Positions 51,467 to 63,290 of a DNA stretch of 64,000 nt are shown piece by piece. Below the pieces are notes generated by a model that was given only the letters and a program-made list of their open reading frames with translations, was not told where the DNA came from and did no database searches. Where the stretch lies: positions 141,298,001-141,362,000 of the forward strand of contig NC_043000.1 in assembly GCF_006345805.1 (NCBI RefSeq). The letters are read 5' to 3'. The number at the start of each line of letters is the position of its first letter. Positions within the stretch are counted from its first letter, which is position 1. The stretch is from Octopus sinensis (Eukaryota). A program made the position numbers and the translations under genes.

Positions 51467-54400
51467 TAAGTTTAATTACTGTGAGAAGTAGGAAGTCATG
51501 TTTTAAGCTCTTGCTCTTCAATAAAGTGTCTGTTAAACTTCCAATGCCCTACGACTGAATGAACCATTCTCCAAACTCTTAGTTTTTGTTGACATCAAAT
51601 GTTTATCTTATTTTTAATCTGTGGCAATTCCTCTGGGCCTTCTAGCAATAATTACCTTGAGACTACGTTGCAAATTGTTCTAAGCACCCAAGTCTATCTA
51701 TCATTAGGTAAATCTGTTGTGATGATTCTAGGTTTGCTTTAGTGATTTTTTATGTCTATGATTTGCTACTAGACTAACAAATATTCGACTGTGGCAGTCT
51801 TTCAGAAAGATACTTGCTGGTTGATACGGCTTTGCTTTGAAATTTTTCAGTTGCATTTTCTTTTTGTTATGTCAACATGAAAATATGGGATACTGTACGG
51901 AAGCCCTACCAAACCATGCAAGCTTGGAAAACCTGATGTAGAATGAGACGATGACAACGATGATGATGATAAGGACCATTTATTTTATTCTTGGAATGAA
52001 GTTTCCATAAATCTGAGGCTGTCCTCAGTTTGTCCATTTTTGAATCTTTGCGGTTTCAGTTAGATGTGGTTGTTATTCTCCATGTCTACGTCAGCAGATA
52101 CAATTTGCGTAACGTCTGTGAATCATAATAATTCAATTACTTTCGTTGCTTTACTTTGAGCTGTTATACTTAGAAATGAGCTATGCAGATTACCTACCAC
52201 TATAAGGTATTCCTATCCAGTCCCTGGGTTATTTATCAACCGAGTACTTGAAAATCACTTTTACTTAGTCTGAGGTATAGACAGGTTTATCTACTTGTTT
52301 GATGCCTCAAATATTTGAAACGCCTTCAAAAATACCTGATAATACTGAAATGATTATAAGGCTGTATTCTCAAAATGAGTGAGTACCAGCCTGTTACACT
52401 GATAATATGAACATTCCAATAACAGGTAACAGATATGAAAGATCTAAATTTAAAGCCAACCAAAGGATACGTGCTTATTTTAAAATCAGTTATAATTTGA
52501 TAACTTAAGACTACAATACTAGGAATTAAAGTCTTCCTTATTAGTAGATTTATTCACCTCATTTTAAGGCGAGGCATACAGTCACGGAAATATGTCATGA
52601 AATATTCTTAATTGCCCTTTGAAAATAAGAATATTATTAGATTTGCCAATGTTTAATATATTTAACAACCTACGTGTGAAAGACTAAAATAATAATTATA
52701 CCTAATCTGAGCACATAAAAGGCTTCGTTATACTTTTGCATTATATAGCACAATATATGTAAATTAAACACACAGTCATTGACTCATACACCTCAAAGAA
52801 TAATTAGAAACTTTGAAGTATTGTATCTTCGATTTAAAGTAAATATATTTATATATATTTGGGTTATATATAAACTACCAATATGTAACTGAGCATTTGA
52901 AATTTGATGATTTGTTTGTATTTGCCTGGTTCCCCCAATTATAAATTAGCTTGAAAATGTTACAGGCTATCGATTAAGCCCAGATAATATCTGGTAATCG
53001 AATCTTTATAAAATGCGTTCTACTCATGACCATCCAATTATTTTTCAGACACTGTGAATCTATGGCAACATTTATTTGATATTTTCTTTTGCTTATTTAA
53101 ATGATAGTGTTGTTTGTGGAAGATTTAGCTACTGTTTCTGACAATATGAGAATCATGTGGAAAAAGTAAGTGTAAATTGTTATAAGGTAAATTTAGTGCA
53201 AGCTATGATACTGTAGAGATCACGTGATCTTCTGGATTTTGAATGTGGTAGAATGGTTTTCATTTACGCCCAAAGAGATTATTCAATAAGGACTAAATGT
53301 AATTACTTGATAGAAATTAGAGTTAAGCTGTAAAGTCATTGCTGCATGGCTAGCTTAGTACATTCCAGGTATACCAAACTAAATCATATTGACTTTTGGT
53401 CTATGACCATATATTTAACAGAATATTGTGTAGGTGAGTTGCATGATTCAACTAGGTTCATTGTTTTGGATTGTTATGTAATATTTATCCCCTTAATAGT
53501 TATAAAAGCAAATATGGTATTCTTCAGAAAATCAGCAAAGTTTCCCCATCTCAAAAAAACCCTATCATTGTTTTTACAAATCAATTGAAGAGGAATATAT
53601 GGAAGAACAGGAAAGTCATGAGTAAATATTATAAAATAACAGCTATATCATAGACAACGAGATCATTATTTAATTTCCTTGGTATCCAACTGTGAAAATG
53701 GTTTTATACCAAAATGAGTATGATTAGCTTTTCATAGGAACTAAAATGGATACATTTAAAATGAGAGGAAAAAAATACAGAAAAAATATAGATGCTCAGA
53801 GTTGTAAAATATTTAAATAGTACTTTTAATGATTGCTTAATTGTCTTTACAACTCAACTCTTTCCTTCGTCAAATTTGTGAGATTATGAATGAATTAACT
53901 ATTGCATGGTTACTTTACATGTGAATGGCATGTGCTTTAACAGCTGGATATCAGTTATATTTGACTGCTGTGATAATTCCATGTTGTTATAATAACAAAG
54001 GAAATGGTTGAGTTTCCACGAGATTCTGAAATTCTGCAGCTGTCAGTTGCTGTTGTAGCACCTCCTACTGCTGCTGTAAATACTCTGTAAACTATTATCT
54101 CTATATTGTTTTAAATGGAATCGTTAGTGAATTAAATTCTGTTTTAAAATTATTTCGCCTTGATTACTCGGTCAATTTATGTAATGACTGTTGTAATAAT
54201 CGTTATGCAACACGGACTACTACTTGCAAGACTCGATCTGGAACTGACGGATCCAGAGATTACATACACATTTAAGTATTGGTCATTTATTTTTACATAA
54301 CATAAAGTTATATTCGAAGGAACTGATGCCCTTAATCTGAAATTCTTTGAAAGAAAATTGCTTTTTATTACTCTACGTACGAAGATGCTGTAACTACACT

Positions 54401-56651
54401 AAAAACCTTTCCAATGAAACACGTTCACCACCCGCAAATGATTTTCCACAGAGTTTAAAATGTCAGCTTAGACTGTAACTTCAAAAGTATCATAGTTGCT
54501 ATATGATATACAGAGTCGAATGTATTTATCAGTAATTCACCGTTAGAATCTCTTTAGCGCGTATATTAATGAGATAATTAGAAAACAAAACCATAGCCTT
54601 GAATTTAGTCATAAATTTGGCTCATGCTTTAGAAATAAGTGTCATAAGGTCTTGTGCCTATGATCCTGTTCTTCAAATACAACTACTTGCAATACATACA
54701 TAAGGAATTTTGGTAACTGAAACACGTTTGACCTCTTGTCCAGCTGCGCCTACATAATTTCTGAATACCTTGCCAACGATACTACAAGCTTGAAGAGTAA
54801 GAAAAACGGACTTCTCGAAAGACCACGTGCGTGAAATTTACCTGTATGCATTCTGTGTTTCTAAAAAGTATCTCCTTTCATTTAGTTGCTCTTAGGACGT
54901 CTCTAAAAAGCTTGCTAACATGAATAGTTCCGAAACTTTTACAAATAAATCAGTTTTTTTTTAACCGAATGTTACCAACAAGAATCTCTAAGTCTATGGT
55001 ATGGACTGATCCAGTTAAATTGGTAACTCAAATTAAGAAATGGTGTAAATAAGACTTGAAGAGTGCAAATATGGCCGAATATTTCTTCGTACTTCATGAT
55101 TGCTGTTCTGTTGTCATTGTCAAGCCAATATAATTTTTGAAAGTAAATACGATGACACGCAATGAAACTTGGAGGTTTGCTGACTCGATTCGCTAAAAGT
55201 TGATTCATCCAAAGTTTTCTATAATCTGTCGTTAGATATTAAACTTTAATTACAAAATCACATAATTTTGATTCATATGTAGAGATTTTGCCTTCACAAA
55301 CTTCTCTTAGGTTCTTTATACATATAAAAAAAACGTCAATTACAGCTATAGTTGTAAAACATCGTCTCATTGGTCAAATTTATTTTGGATATGAATTTGC
55401 GCCAAAATATTAATCGAGTAAGCAAAGTTACCTCGACGCTCTTCATTGGCTATAACTGATTAATGAAAAGAACTGGGAAATTCCCTTCAGTCTATTTGCA
55501 GGAACTTACCATTATCTATTTATAAGAACTTCTTAACCCAAATTGATAAAAGAGAAGCTGGCTGCTTCACATAGCGGCCAGTTAGCTAAACTAATTTTAA
55601 CGTGTATAAACATTCTCACTTTCTGTCCACCTTGGTTGGCCTGCTTATCACACATCTCTCTTACTCTCTCTTACTTTCTCTCTCTCTGTCTCTCTTCCCT
55701 CTCTCTCTTACTCTGTCTCTTATTCTCACGAGATTAATCTCGCCTGGACGATACGTATTCACATTATTATAAATACACAGTAACATTCAGTTATGGTTAG
55801 AGTTTGAGAACGTATTATTCTTTCATTCCATACACTTACAATTAATTTTAACTTTACAGACAAACTCAGACTTTTTGAAATGTCATAAAACTCTTTTTTG
55901 CTAGAAAAGGAACTTTTCACTGTTCTGTAATAGTATCTTACCACCTATCGGCGGTAGACATGTTTTGTTTTTCTTTCGTTGGATATTAACTGTTGATCTC
56001 CATCACCTCAGGAAAACATTCTCTTTTTTCTATTATATTCTTTAGACTCTTTTAACAAACAATAAACGGAAAAGACACATTTGCTCATTATTTCTGATGC
56101 GGTACTTTCTTCTCTTAAAGACTATAACCTCTAAAACTATTAAACATTAAAAGAGCTACCAAGGAGTCTATCAAGACGAATATACAGTTTGCCGTTGAAA
56201 TTGACGCAGCAGATAGAACGTGCTGGAGAAAGTTTGCTGCTTTATTTGTCTCCCAATACTGGAGAACCGTTGTCTAAGACAACATTTTGATATTATAAGC
56301 CGGTGTATTGGCAGAATAGTGTAAGCGTCATACAAAATACTTTATAGAATTTAGATATGTCTATACATTCTTGAGTTCATGCATGCTGGGTGACAAGTTT
56401 ACCGTTTTTTTTTCGACAAAGTTATACTCAAGTACTGGGGTCAGTTGAATAAGTTATACGCTCCGCAACAAACTTTGCGTGTATGTTACAATCAATATTG
56501 TAACATAGCAGAGTATATAGCCCCACAAGATTTCAAAATGAAATCTTATCATATGAAGTATAAGGAATACAGAATTCAGTTTCTATATTATTCAAGAAGA
56601 GATTTTGTCAAGAGATAGCTTGACAGAGAATGGCTGCAGATGATAGTTCTT

Positions 56652-56940
56652 TGTTCCTTCTCGAGCCATGCCTGGCTCATAAGGGCCGGTTTCCCGGTTT
56701 CCTTGGCGTATATGTTCCCCACCTGGACGGGAAGCCGGTCCGTCGCAGGTGAGCTGCAAGATGCAGGAGGAAAGAGTGGGAGAAAATTGTGGCGAAAGAG
56801 TCAGCAGAAGTTCGCTGCCGGAGCCGTGTGGAGATTAGGTGTTTCGCTCATAAACACACACATCGCCCGGTCTGAGATTCGAACCCGTGATATCTAGACC
56901 GCGATTCCGCTGCTCTAACCACTAGGCCATGTGCCACCAC
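56652..56940 (-). mobile_element. tRNA-derived SINE, family C variant, with 11-bp TSD
   Basis: Head GTGGTGGCACATGGCCTAGTGG...GGTTCGAATCTC; 3' about 95 nt shared with the 42729 copy; TSD AGATGATAGTT at 56638-56648 and 56942-56952. Confidence 0.92.
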
Positions 56941-58346
56941 AAGATGATAGTTAAGAGCATCGGACAAAATACCTCGCGGTATATTAACTTCTATGTACGA
57001 TTTAAAATTCAGTTGTAGCTGGTCTTGCTTTTTACTCTTTTGCAGTCAATAAGTACCAGTTAAATACTGGGGTAGATATAATTAACTGTTCCATTTCTTA
57101 ATATTTGAAACTGTTAGAAATCCTTATTGTTTTTATTATTTCATAATAAAGTTCGAAATCAAATTGAAATTTTATATGAATAATTCTTATTCTGAAATAT
57201 GTCGCAGGATAATTAAATCAATGAGAAACAAAACAAAAATTATCACAAGATATTAAAGTAAATTTCTCATGAGTGAATGACGCAACAGCTATGATCTTTA
57301 TATAGAGGAAACCATGAAGATAATTCGTACTATGGAAAGAAAACGAAAAACATATACACACGAAGCATCATTTGGTTGGATGTGTTTGGAGCTACATGCA
57401 AATGTTATGCATGCAAATGTATTGATGTTTTCCTTCATACATATTCATGCACGAATATTTCTGTATACATATGGATGCATGTAAATCCATACATGGGTTT
57501 GCACACACTTATATTTAGATGTACAATTGTTATGATAATGAGTATGATCATAGTTGATATTGTTCTATCGAGGGGTCTTTTTCTCATGATGGCAGAGGTT
57601 GAATGAGTTAATATACAATATATTGCAACTAATTGTTTCGGTTTCTTATTTGTAAAACCTCGGATCCATGGATCCAACTTCCCTGTATGTTACTATATCT
57701 CCCATTATCGATTCATCTGAGTCGCTTATTTCATTTCTTGTGCCTATTTCCATATTGTTGATTACTCCTACACAACTAGTACAGCTGAAACCCTGGTTAG
57801 ATGTCAGCTTTTTAGTGCTTACTCTAAAAGGCTGCACCCCCACCCACAAACATGTGTGTGTGTGTTAATGTCTGTGTGTATTTTGGTGTGTGGGCGTGCA
57901 TGTATGTATATATGAATGCATCAATTCCGCAACACAAGTGTTTATAATTCTCTTCTACAACTTTTAGTTCTTCATTCAATATCCCTAAACTTCAGTAGTA
58001 GATGGATGTTACTGAGAAAATTTATATATTGGTGATTGGGTTCTTAGAGAATCCCACAGAAAGATGTTTAAAATTTGTCTAGAGAAAAATAGAGTATATT
58101 TTTATGTAAATGAATAAAATATGCAAAAATTGTTAAGAGGGCAAATAGGGTTAGTGTTGTGAAGTACACACTATACCGAATCTGGAGTCCCGCTTTGATT
58201 AATCGTTGTTGTAAAGTCAGATGACTCACATTCTTGAGAGAGATACGGAAATGAATTATTCTCGTTTCATATTCATCTTTAAGCATGAGGTCTAAAAAAC
58301 CTGAGCGACAAAACCGTTACAATTATAGCAATATAGGTATATATAT

Positions 58347-58556
58347 ATTTCTTTACTACCCACAATGGGCTAAACACAGAGAGGACAAACAAGGAAAGAC
58401 AGACGGATTAAGTCGATTATATCGACCCCCAGTGCGTAACTGGTACTTAATTTATCGACCCCGAAAGGATGAAAGGTAAAGTCGAACTCAGAACGTAACG
58501 TCAGACGAAATACGGCTACGCATTTCGCCCGGTGTGCTAACCTTTCTGCCAGCTCG
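58347..58556 (-). mobile_element. tRNA-derived SINE, family B
   Basis: Reverse-complement homologue of 32668-32893 with an internal deletion. Confidence 0.9.
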
Positions 58557-59377
58557 GTATATATATATTTCCTAATACCACTCCCCTGCTAACTTTTGTT
58601 TATCGGCTAAAAACAAAAAAAAACCTTTGAATACCACCATACTTAACTAACCAAACTTAAATTCCTCACCCTATCTTTATTTATCCACACTTTCTTTCTT
58701 CCCCTTGACCAAAAATATTTCCCCACCCTCTTCCCTCTGAATTATCTTCTCTTCAAATACTAACCCCCTTACTAAATTCTGTGGTTCAGCCAAAACAGCT
58801 CCATTATTTAATACCAGTCAATTGACCTTGCTTAAATTCCTCCTTCCTCTCACTCCCTTATATTTTCTTCTTTTTCCCCTTTCTTCTAATGATTTTTTCT
58901 CCCTACATTTATATACTCCTCTCATATTGTGCTCTCTACACATTTTGATTTAATCTTCTATGTGCTAACATGTATATCCTTGCGACAATGTAACTTTTAA
59001 TCTAATCACGATATCCTCGGCGTGAAGAGTAACCGGCGGTATGCATCTCGCTCGGATTTTTACCAGTTCTTATGTCCCACCCGCTATGAAACATATGTAG
59101 CCCGGATCTTACCTACTCCAGTCCATAACTCTTGCATTCTTATTCGCACAACCGGTAACCTGGTCGCCTACCGTGGAATATAAAAAGAACCTTTTTTTCA
59201 GCTTATTGTTCTTTTATATGAAAAAAATCCACAACCTTCCGTCTCAATAAACCCTATTGTCCCTGAAAGTCTTTTCTTATAATTACTTCAGATTGCTTGA
59301 AGGTAAATTTCTTCCTACATCTCGATCCCTGGATCTTACATTTATGTATGTATGTATGCATGCATCTCTCTCTCTCT

Positions 59378-59428
<51 letters not shown>

Positions 59429-59459
59429 CTTCCCTTCTCTGGATCTTTCCTTCTCCTAT

Positions 59460-59493
59460 GTTTCCGATGAAGAGCTCCACTCGAACGTTAAAC
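59460..59493 (+). ncRNA. Minimal hammerhead-like motif, probably inactivated
   Basis: GTTT-CCGATGA-A-GAG-CTCCA-CTC-GAA-CGTT-AAAC; one A of GAAA missing; the downstream sequence is the reverse complement homologue of 39930-40005. Confidence 0.45.
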
Positions 59494-59577
59494 CCCCCTT
59501 CTTTCCTTCTTTCCTGAGCGTCCAATAATACTATATTTGTTGTTGTGTTTATTTGTGCTTTCATGTTTGGATTAACT

Positions 59578-59646
<69 letters not shown>

Positions 59647-59908
59647 AATATATATATGGAAACTACTAAGCCATTTTAATCAAGTATCGCATTGGCTATA
59701 ACATCTTTCAATATAAACACTGAAAGATAGTATTAGAGTTGAATCAATTAGGGGATTGTCACGTTAAGTTGACGGTATACAACTGCTCTATCGTACCACC
59801 ACTGCTTATATCTCCTTGAGATATTTAGAAATTTAATATTTCTATTTTTTGTGATCAGTAGATTTATTTCACTGGAATTATTATATATGTTTACATGGTC
59901 TAGACAGG

Positions 59909-59994
59909 CATCTGCAGCTAGCAAGCCATGCTACTCCAGTCTGATGACGAGCAAGACTCAGAAACTAGTCTCTGGATGCAGGCTTAGCTGGATG
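59909..59994 (+). ncRNA. Type I hammerhead ribozyme candidate with extended stem I
   Basis: TCCAG-T-CTGATGA-C-GAG-CAAGA-CTC-A-GAAA-CTAGT-C-T-CTGGA; GUC triplet at 59968-59970; outer pairings AAGCC/GGCTT, CAGCT/AGCTG and CATC/GATG. Confidence 0.7.
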
Positions 59995-60960
59995 GGAGTG
60001 CTTGTCTCCCCTTTGTAAACATAACGACACAGGAAATGTGTCAAGGCCGACAGGAAGCGTTGATGCTTCCTAGGGCTAAATAGCGGTGGTGTGATTCCCT
60101 TTATGGGACTGCCATGTTAAGTTGACAGTATACAACTGCTCTAATTAGGGGATTATTTCTACATAATTGTATTACCTGCTGGAAATATCAACTAAATACC
60201 ACCTTCTCAAATCACAACCCAGACGATCTTATATACAGGACAAACAGAGTTAATTTAATTCTGTCCCAGGTGTAAGTGTTTATATTTTTGATCAGAGACC
60301 TTCTTAATAAGAGGTAACTAGAGACTAATGAAAGAAGAAGAGTACTGCAGTCAAAATCCTTTATCATGGCTATTCTGGATGTTGACTTCTTGGATGTCAA
60401 TGCAATTTCATGTCTTGGCACTCAAGAAGATCTGAAGACAGTAATGCAAGTTGACAAAACTCTTGTTAGAGATGCAATATTTTTGCACCTCATTGTAGCG
60501 AACTGTGCTGAAATAATCCAACTATTTACAATCGAAGAAAGTGTACTAAGAAGCAGCAGGTTAAATGCTTTGCGTGTGTAGTAACGGAATATTATCACCT
60601 TCATGCGACTTGAATTGAAAGATATGACAGCACATAGAAAACTATGGTTAGTACAGCGTTTGTCATTGTTCTTGTTTTTGTTGTTGTAGTAGTAGCAGTA
60701 AAAGTAATAGTAATGGTGGTAGTGGTGGGTGATTGTAGTTGTGGTGTTTGATAATTGGTGCTGTCCATTAGTTATTTTGTTTTAACCATGCTGGACATTG
60801 ACTTCATTTGTTACATATATATATATATATATATATACAACGAAAGAGAAAGAAAGAGAGAGAGAGAGAGAAAGAAAGAAAGATAGATAAAGAGAGAGAA
60901 AAACATACACCCCCACATAAATCATTGTAGTTGCTTGTTTGTCTCGATAGAGAAAATTAT

Positions 60961-60964
<4 letters not shown>

Positions 60965-60991
<27 letters not shown>

Positions 60992-61845
60992 TCGTTTAAC
61001 GTCCGCTTTCCATGCTAGCATGGGTTGGACGATTTGACTGAGGACTGGCGAATCAGATGACTACACCAGGCTTCCATTTGATCTGGCAGAGTTTCTACAG
61101 CTGGATGCCCTTCCTAACGCCAACCACTCCGAGAGTGTAGTGGGTGCTTTTACGTGCCACCTGTACGAGGGCCAATCAGGCGGTACTGGCAACAGTCATG
61201 CTCAAATGGTGTTTTGTTTACATGCCACCTGCACAGGAGCCAGTTCAGCGGCACTAGCAACGACCTCGCTCTAATGTTTTCTCACGTGCCACCGGCATTT
61301 TTACGTGCCATCAACACGGAAGCCGGTCAGCTGCTCTGGCAACAATCACTCTCGGATGGTGCTCTTAGCGGTCCACTAGCACGGATGCCAGTCATCGAAT
61401 TTTATTCGATTTCGATTTCACTTGCCCCAACAGGTCTTCGCAAGCAGAATTTAGTGTCCAATGAAGGAAAGGTACACATAAGTGGGTAGGTTACTCCCCT
61501 AGCACGGGTTATAATCTCACTTGTTTTGCGGGTCTTCTCAAGAACTGCATATTTCTAAAGGTTTCGGTCTTTAGTCTCGGTGAGGCTTAATGTTCGAAGG
61601 TCGTGCTTCACCACCTCATCACAGGTTTTCCTGGGTCTACCTCTTCCACAGCTTCCCTCAACCGCTAGGGTGTGGCACTTTTTCACACAGCTATCCTCAT
61701 CCATTCTCGCCACATGACCATACTAGCTCAGCTGTCTTTCTTGCACTCCACATCTGATGTTTCTTAGGTCAAACTTTTCTCTCAAGGTACTTACACTCTG
61801 ACGAGTATGCACACTGACATTACCCATCCAGCGGAGCATACTGGT
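60965..61845 (-). mobile_element. 5'-truncated RTE-clade LINE 3' end
   Basis: Minus strand SMLRWMGNVSVHTRQSVSTLREKFDLRNIRCGVQERQLS*YGHVARMDEDSCVKKCHTLAVEGSCGRGRPRKTCDEVVKHDL; long 3' UTR with GGCGTTAGGAAGGGCATCCAGC; (ATT)n tail. Confidence 0.85.
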
Positions 61846-61999
61846 TAATAATAATAATTTCATATGACTTACTCACCACAGGTAAACAAATAAGTATGTC
61901 TTGGAACAAAATGCAAAGCAATTACAAGAAGTAAACTACATACACCACTGTAGTTTTGAGCTACTTTAGATAGTTTTGCTATTGCTATTTCTCCATCTA

Positions 62000-62030
62000 T
62001 TGCGATTATTATTATTATCATTATTATTAA

Positions 62031-62070
<40 letters not shown>

Positions 62071-62185
62071 GCTGTTGTTGTTGTTGTTGTTGTTGTTGTT
62101 ATTGTTGTTGTTGTTGTTGCTGCTGTTGTTGTTTTTGTTTTTGTTGTAGTTATCATCATCGTCGTCATCATCATCCTCATTACTA
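62000..62185. repeat. Compound (ATT)n(GTT)n(CAT)n microsatellite
   Basis: Directly visible. Confidence 0.93.
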
Positions 62186-63246
62186 TTGTAATTGCTTCTT
62201 GTTGAGGAGAGCGACGTTGTTTTTTGACTTGAAATACAAAAAAAAAAAAAAAAAATTAGGAAAGAAAACAAGGAGGCAAAGAAGAAGGAAGTTGGAGGAG
62301 GAAAAGAAAGAAAACAATTACATTATTTGGAAGCAACAACATAATTAGATCACAGAGATATGTCTTATGTTACAAGACACATAACAGTGAGAAGACACCT
62401 ATTGAAACAAAAAAAAAATATGTTCCTCTGGTGATGCTGATGTTGCTGTTATTGTAAGCAGATTTATTGAATAGAAATTGACAAAATATTGAAGTCTGAT
62501 AGCCTTGAGACATTGCTTTTGTTTTTATGTAAAGGTGTGTAATGCTTTTGTTGGTATTGTCTCAGTATATTTCCTGGTATAACAAAAACCTGGCAACACC
62601 TACTTGTCATGTTAACTTTTTATAGAGCCAACAAATGAGCCTTTAGTTGATAGTTGACCTACAAGAAATAGCAACCAAATCTCTTGTACATTATGATCAC
62701 CCATCTTAAAAACGAAGGACACATTGTGTGCTTGGGTGCACTCTGCTTGAGGAAAATATTGGATTATTACATCGGCAGGAAGGTTTTAATCATGACTCTA
62801 TTTTATCAAGGCCAAAATACAGCATTTTTATATGCATCGAGTTATCTGTGACAATTTTGAATCTTACATTAGAAATCTAGTTGTGTTCTATAAAAGCGAC
62901 CTAAAGCGGGGTGGCGGTGATGGTGGTGAGGACTGAAAGTGGTTATTTTTTTGTATAAGAATAACAAGAATATGATTTTGTCATCAAATTGCAGCTATTA
63001 ACTGAAAGTTGAGCTGAAACGAGGGTACGGAGGTTATTTTTCTCTATAGAGCTGTTGCGTCTAACTGTTTATTACATATGAAATGTGTTAAAATAAGAAG
63101 TGACTATTGTCAGAGATTTTTTAGTAGAATAATTGATTTCGCAAAACAGCAATAATAACAATATATTTAAGGATACATATTTAATAAATGTAAGCATCTA
63201 TTAACATTTAATAAATGTAAATATTTATCAAATACATAATTCAAAT

Positions 63247-63290
63247 ACTAGCAGAAATACCAGCCTCGGGGCGGTTTTCTGATTGCTAGT
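63247..63290. other. 44-bp micro-hairpin with CTAG at both ends, related to Helitron 3' ends
   Basis: ACTAGC-AGAAATACC-A-GCC-TCGG-GGC-GGTTTTCT-GATT-GCTAGT; the first 15 nt equal the reverse complement of the Helitron end at 13710-13724. Confidence 0.7.

Noticed and set aside
57646-57849. Minus-strand ORF with SCTSC and the palindrome GGATCCATGGATCC
   Set aside because: At best a faint RTE ORF2 relic; too diverged to call.
60422-60424. In-frame TGA joining two minus-strand ORFs (selenocysteine read-through?)
   Set aside because: No recognisable selenoprotein motif or SECIS; better explained as the antisense shadow of the plus-strand relic.
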